DNA of 32,000 nt, taken from assembly GCA_038858525.1 (NCBI GenBank), contig JAWCFL010000007.1, positions 11,940 through 43,939 of the forward strand, given 5' to 3'. The stretch's first letter is position 1. Each line of letters begins with the position of its first letter. Source of the stretch: Candidatus Jordarchaeales archaeon (GTDB lineage Archaea; Asgardarchaeota; Jordiarchaeia; Jordiarchaeales; Freyrarchaeaceae). The notes under the pieces are model-generated. The model did no database searches. It saw only the letters and a list, made by a program, of their open reading frames with translations, and had not been told where the DNA came from. Made by a program: the position numbers and the translations under genes. This document shows, in pieces, positions 28,119 through 32,000 of the stretch.

Positions 28119-28134
28119 TATACATGCATGTATA
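28119..28134. promoter_or_regulatory. Perfect 16-bp palindrome TATACATGCATGTATA overlapping the vapBC TATA box (putative operator)
   Basis: Self-complementary; overlaps TTTTTATA on the minus strand, about 20-35 nt upstream of the vapB start. Confidence 0.7.
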
Positions 28135-28511
28135 AAAATATTTTGTAAACAAAAAATTGTAGACAGAGCCATGTCTAGGCGGTGGAAACCGTAGCGGCAT
28201 TCTTAAGCCATAGCCTACGAAGACACCGCAGAGAAAACTTAACGCTCCATTTCACCGTGGAGACAGGCGAACCAAAGAAGTCAATGTTCACTTGCTGGTT
28301 GCTACGTCATCCGCGAAGCATAAACAAATCAACATCTACCTCTAACACGGGGGAAGCCATATAGCGTAACCTATAGAAAGCTACATCCTCAAGGGCTAAC
28401 GAGCATCGTAAACCCAGAATGCGCACTTCACCGGATAAAACACCAGATAACTGCCTCTTTAACAGTTAAGGTTGGAAAAACGTATCGAGGAAGTAGGCTA
28501 CGTTTTCGTAG

Positions 28512-29915
28512 CTACCGCTTTATTTTTTCTGCTGGTAGTGTGTCGAGCTCATTTATTATGTCAATGAACATCCTCGCTAGTTTTTCAAGCTGGTCCCTGG
28601 CAACCTTGTCAGGCGTATCCGTGGCGTCGAAGAGGTATACGGGCCCACTTATCAAGCTATATATTGGGACCCCATTTTTCCAGAACAAGTGCGCGTCAGT
28701 TGGCACATCTATCGGCGTCGTCGTCGGCAAGACGAGTATTCTCTCAACTCCATTCTTAACTATAGCTCTCTTTGCAACATCAACCATGACGGGGTTATCA
28801 GTCGTGAAGAGGCCTCTCGGCTCCACCTCCCCAGTCACGACCGCCACTCCCTCCTTTTCAAGGCACTCTTTGGCGACGTGCTCCACCGCTATGTCCACCA
28901 ACGCCCTAGCCACAATGTCACTCTTATGTGCCTCTATGAATGCCTTCTGCCCTATCCCCTCAGCACCCCCATAAAAGTGGCCGGCCGTGAATAGGAAGAC
29001 CAAGGTTCTCCTCATCCGCTTCCCCAGCTGAGCGAAGTACTTAGCTAACGCTAGGACAACAGAGCAGCCCGAAGCATCCTCTACAGCACTCTGGAACGGG
29101 CCATCATGATGAGAGTGGACGATTATGACTTCATCCGTCTCACCAGGCAGAACCCCATAAACGTTGTGCGTCACCGCAGGCTTAACTTCCGCCTTAAGCA
29201 CAATCTTAGCCTTCACCCTCCCTTTGTTCAGCATTTCCTTCAGCTTCATTCCGGTCTCCCTGCTAACCCAAATACCAGGCATCGGCCTCATAACTCCATC
29301 GTAGGGGGCGTAGTAAGTTAACTCTTTCCCGAGCTTCGGGTAGTCCTCAAGTATACCGATAAACCCCACCGCTCCACGCTCGCGCGCCATCTCGTAGGCA
29401 TCGTAGCCACCCTGTATGAGACCCATACCCATGCAGTTTGGGCGTATCCAAGTTGCAGGGTGCACCCAGTCAGGCGTTATGGTTTCCCCCGGGTCATACG
29501 TGAAGTACGCTATCGAGCGTAGAAGAGACACCGGAAGAGGAAGGAACCTAACGCTGACCACCACTATTTTTCCCTTCACGTCAGCCTTCCCGAAGTCCTC
29601 AGCGCGCCCCTCGCCAACATAGACTAACTCGCCCTCCAAGCCGCTGGTGGGAGCCGAGTAGGGAACATAGAAGCACGGCAATTTCGCAGCCTTCCCCCCT
29701 TCAGGCCACACCTCCAAGCTCCACTTCTTAGCCGTCCAAAGGGTTATATTTATGGGCTCCATGCGGACATCCCTAAAGCCGAACTCCAGAAGCTTGTCGC
29801 GAAGATACTTTTCAGCCTTAAGGTCGCCTTTGCTCCCCGGAACCCTTGGCCCCATGGAATAAAGGTCCAGCACCCACCGGAAAATCTCACCCTGAAAAGA
29901 CACACTAGAAACCAA
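28512..29915 (-). CDS. M28-fold metallohydrolase with PA domain, non-canonical active site
   Basis: 'GPRVPGSKGD..A', PA-like 'GELVYVGEG...DVKGKIVVV', 'HSHHDG', 'EDASG', 'FTAGHF'. No signal peptide. Confidence 0.8.
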   Translation of the reverse strand: MVSSVSFQGEIFRWVLDLYSMGPRVPGSKGDLKAEKYLRDKLLEFGFRDVRMEPINITLWTAKKWSLEVWPEGGKAAKLPCFYVPYSAPTSGLEGELVYVGEGRAEDFGKADVKGKIVVVSVRFLPLPVSLLRSIAYFTYDPGETITPDWVHPATWIRPNCMGMGLIQGGYDAYEMARERGAVGFIGILEDYPKLGKELTYYAPYDGVMRPMPGIWVSRETGMKLKEMLNKGRVKAKIVLKAEVKPAVTHNVYGVLPGETDEVIIVHSHHDGPFQSAVEDASGCSVVLALAKYFAQLGKRMRRTLVFLFTAGHFYGGAEGIGQKAFIEAHKSDIVARALVDIAVEHVAKECLEKEGVAVVTGEVEPRGLFTTDNPVMVDVAKRAIVKNGVERILVLPTTTPIDVPTDAHLFWKNGVPIYSLISGPVYLFDATDTPDKVARDQLEKLARMFIDIINELDTLPAEKIKR

Positions 29916-30049
29916 AACAGGTCTCCCTCCTTAAATTAAATGTAACAAGTGTGCCTAAAAAGGTTTCCAAAAAATGATCCGGAGAAGTGGACGCTAAAAG
30001 AGGAGACAAAGGAAAAATAACTGGAAATGCAATATCTATTTGAGGGAAA

Positions 30050-30447
30050 ATGATGTCTGAGGGTTTCAGGGAGGAAGTGCTGGACTGGTGGAGGGAACAG
30101 GGCACAACCTAAGGCAGGCGGCGAAGAACATCGAAATAGAGGAATACAGCGTAGCAGCCTTCCTTTGCCATCAAGTCGCAGAGAAAGCTTTGAAAGCGCT
30201 CTACATGGCTAAGAAGGCGCGTATCCCTCCGAGGGGATATGACCTTCTTAAGCTTGGACGAGCTGTTGAGGCTGAGGAGGTTATGAGAGAGCTGAAGCTC
30301 CTTAACCCGCATTATACAGTTGCAAGGTATCCCAATGCAGCTAACACTGTTCCAAGCGAGCTCTACACGAGGGAAATGGCCGAGGCTTGTTTAGACGCCG
30401 CTAGGAGAGTGGTAGAGTGGGCGAGGCGCTCAGGAGGACTGCCATGA
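30050..30447 (+). pseudogene. hepT: Frameshifted HEPN toxin gene
   Basis: ATG 30050 frame reads MMSEGFREEVLDWWRE then stops at 30110-30112. The HEPN body (HNLRQAAKNIE...HQVAEKALKAL...YTVARYPNA) continues in the -1 frame from about 30098. Confidence 0.75.
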
Positions 30448-30779
30448 GTCTAAGGTGTGTGAAGCTCTCCGAAAAACAGAAGAGGGAGCTTGCCTCCTAC
30501 TTGTTGAAGTTAAAGAAGTTAAACGTCACCGAGGTTTACTTGTTCGGTTCAAGGGTTCACGGTGTCCCTTTCGAAGACAGCGACCTTGACATTATAGTGG
30601 TCTCAGAGGAGTTCGGCAAGCGCAGCTTCATCGAGAACATGCAGTTGCTGAGCGAGCTGTGGGACGGCTCATTCACAATAGAAGCCTTCCCCTACACCCC
30701 TGAGCAGATAAGGAAATATAAAGGGAGAAAGGTCACGGTGACCGAGGCGCTGGAGAAGGGAATCAGGATCGAGCTCTGA
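30444..30779 (+). CDS. mntA: MNT nucleotidyltransferase antitoxin
   Basis: GS-x10-DxD (FGSRVHGVPFEDSDLD). The ATG overlaps the HEPN stop (ATGA) and follows GGAGG. Confidence 0.9.
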   Translation: MSLRCVKLSEKQKRELASYLLKLKKLNVTEVYLFGSRVHGVPFEDSDLDIIVVSEEFGKRSFIENMQLLSELWDGSFTIEAFPYTPEQIRKYKGRKVTVTEALEKGIRIEL

Positions 30780-30793
30780 GCAGCGCTCAAGGT

Positions 30794-31630
30794 TTACCTC
30801 GGTTTGAATGCTAAGACGCACTTCTCCTTTCTGACAACGCTCGCCACGAACCCCACGCTCCCAAGCCTAGCGGCGACACCCTTAGCCAAGTCCTTCCCAC
30901 GTATAAGCTGCCCGGGGGAGCCAACATAGTGGAATAAGGAGCCGCCCGGCTTAAGCACCCTGAAAAGCTCCCTGTAAAAGTCCTGCGAGTAAAGCTCGCC
31001 AGCCAGACCGAAGCGGGGAGGGTCGTGGAGCACCCTGTCAAAGGAGCAGTCACCAAACTCACCTATGACTTCGAAGGCGTCACCATGAATCACCGTAACC
31101 TTCTCCAACTCCCGGGACCACGGATTATACTCCGCGAACCTCAGCACGGTCTCAGACTTCTCAATGCTCGTAACCCTAGCCCCCCTACGCAGAGCGTGAA
31201 TAGCAGTGTAACCAAGACCCGTACACACATCCAGAACCCTATCCCTCGGCCTGACGCCGAGCACCCTAACCTTCCGCCTCGAGTCATCCCACGGAGTCAT
31301 ACCCAAAACCCTATGCATGTAGACGCCATTAATCTGGAGAGTCGGAGCAGACCCCTCAACCACACACCTAAGCTTGTAATACGTTTCCTCCTCGGGGCTC
31401 CACTCCTCAAGCAGCCTAACCCCCCCGTCCTCAACCACGCAGACCGAGCCATCACACCTCCCAGCAAACTCGCGAAGCACACCAACCTCAACACCGACAC
31501 CATTAGGCAGAAAAGCCACACCACCCTCAACCCTAACACTGCTAACAGACAAGCCGAGGTCCAAGCTCACCTCCACCACCCCCTCCCCCCCAGCAATACG
31601 ACCAGCACCCCAACAGGACAAAACAGGCAA
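30794..31630 (-). CDS. Class I SAM-dependent methyltransferase (archaeal, spermidine-synthase/MnmC-like)
   Basis: 'VLDVCTGLGYTA', 'TSIEKS', 'GDAFEV', 'HDPPRFGLAGELYS'. TTG at 31630 preferred; ORF track start is 31690. Confidence 0.85.
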   Translation of the reverse strand: MPVLSCWGAGRIAGGEGVVEVSLDLGLSVSSVRVEGGVAFLPNGVGVEVGVLREFAGRCDGSVCVVEDGGVRLLEEWSPEEETYYKLRCVVEGSAPTLQINGVYMHRVLGMTPWDDSRRKVRVLGVRPRDRVLDVCTGLGYTAIHALRRGARVTSIEKSETVLRFAEYNPWSRELEKVTVIHGDAFEVIGEFGDCSFDRVLHDPPRFGLAGELYSQDFYRELFRVLKPGGSLFHYVGSPGQLIRGKDLAKGVAARLGSVGFVASVVRKEKCVLAFKPR

Positions 31631-31833
31631 ACCCCTAAACCTGAAACCCCAAACCCTCAAACCCAACACCACACACGACAAATACACCAAACAACAAAAA
31701 ACACAAAAATATCTACCTTACGCAAAACCAGAACAAACCGGAAAACCCACAGAAAAAGGCGGACAAGACACACGTAAAATACAACAACAAGAGAAAAAAG
31801 ATAAAATTAGGGAAGCAGTCATTCAGTCCCTGC

Positions 31834-32000
31834 TCACTTCCAAGGCCAGTGAGTGAACGACTCGTATATCAGGAGCCACAGGATGCCGCCAAGCACGAAC
31901 CAGCCAAGGACACACGAAGTGGCCAAGTGCTGCATCGCCGCCTGAATCTCCATGAACGGCAGCATGCCGTTTAGCAGAAGGTATGGTGCAAGCCCTGATA
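31834..32000 (-). CDS. 3' end of a membrane protein paralogous to 4754-6157 (gene runs off the window; absent from the ORF track)
   Basis: Manual translation ...APYLLLNGMLPFMEIQAAMQHLATSCVLGWFVLGGILWLLIYESFTHWPWK*; 26 of the last 40 residues are identical to the 4754-6157 product. Confidence 0.9.
   Translation of the reverse strand, partial: SGLAPYLLLNGMLPFMEIQAAMQHLATSCVLGWFVLGGILWLLIYESFTHWPWK

Noticed and set aside
31025-31777. 250-aa plus-strand ORF rich in Pro, Thr, Asn, His and Lys
   Set aside because: Antisense shadow of the G/T-rich methyltransferase gene; the skew suppresses stop codons on this strand.
1-32000. tRNA, rRNA and CRISPR search by eye
   Set aside because: No T-loop GTTC(G/A)AATC cloverleaf context, rRNA-like segment or regularly spaced repeat was seen. 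A covariance-model scan would be needed to exclude small ncRNAs.

Overview
Archaeal-type genomic window. The evidence is GGTG/GGAGG ribosome-binding sites, TTTA(A/T)A promoter boxes, many GTG/TTG starts, and archaeal families such as HEPN-MNT, DUF1122 and methanogenesis marker 16; the host cannot be named from this sequence alone. The left two-thirds is mostly catabolic and accessory metabolism: a GH1 glycosidase, a secreted AFL-type lipase, a polytopic membrane protein, a BaiE/SnoaL-like dehydratase, an LLM reductase + TauE/SafE exporter + ADP-forming acyl-CoA synthetase alpha cluster, Acr3, a DUF39-ferredoxin protein, DUF1122, YyaL and a secreted carboxylesterase. The best candidate for an undescribed system is a tightly coupled three-gene operon at 20341-24441: a single-Cys (GCLE) glycyl radical enzyme that is not PFL, its ferredoxin-insert activase, and a tandem split-barrel flavin-binding protein. 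From 24.6 to 30.8 kb is a toxin-antitoxin hotspot: two vapBC pairs, two HEPN/MNT pairs (one toxin frameshifted and His-mutated), and an IS607 remnant fused to a vapC remnant. An M28-fold protein with a non-canonical active site, a methyltransferase and the 3' end of a paralog of the 4754-6157 membrane protein complete the window. No rRNA, tRNA or CRISPR array was seen. All family assignments come from motif recognition and recall, not from database searches.
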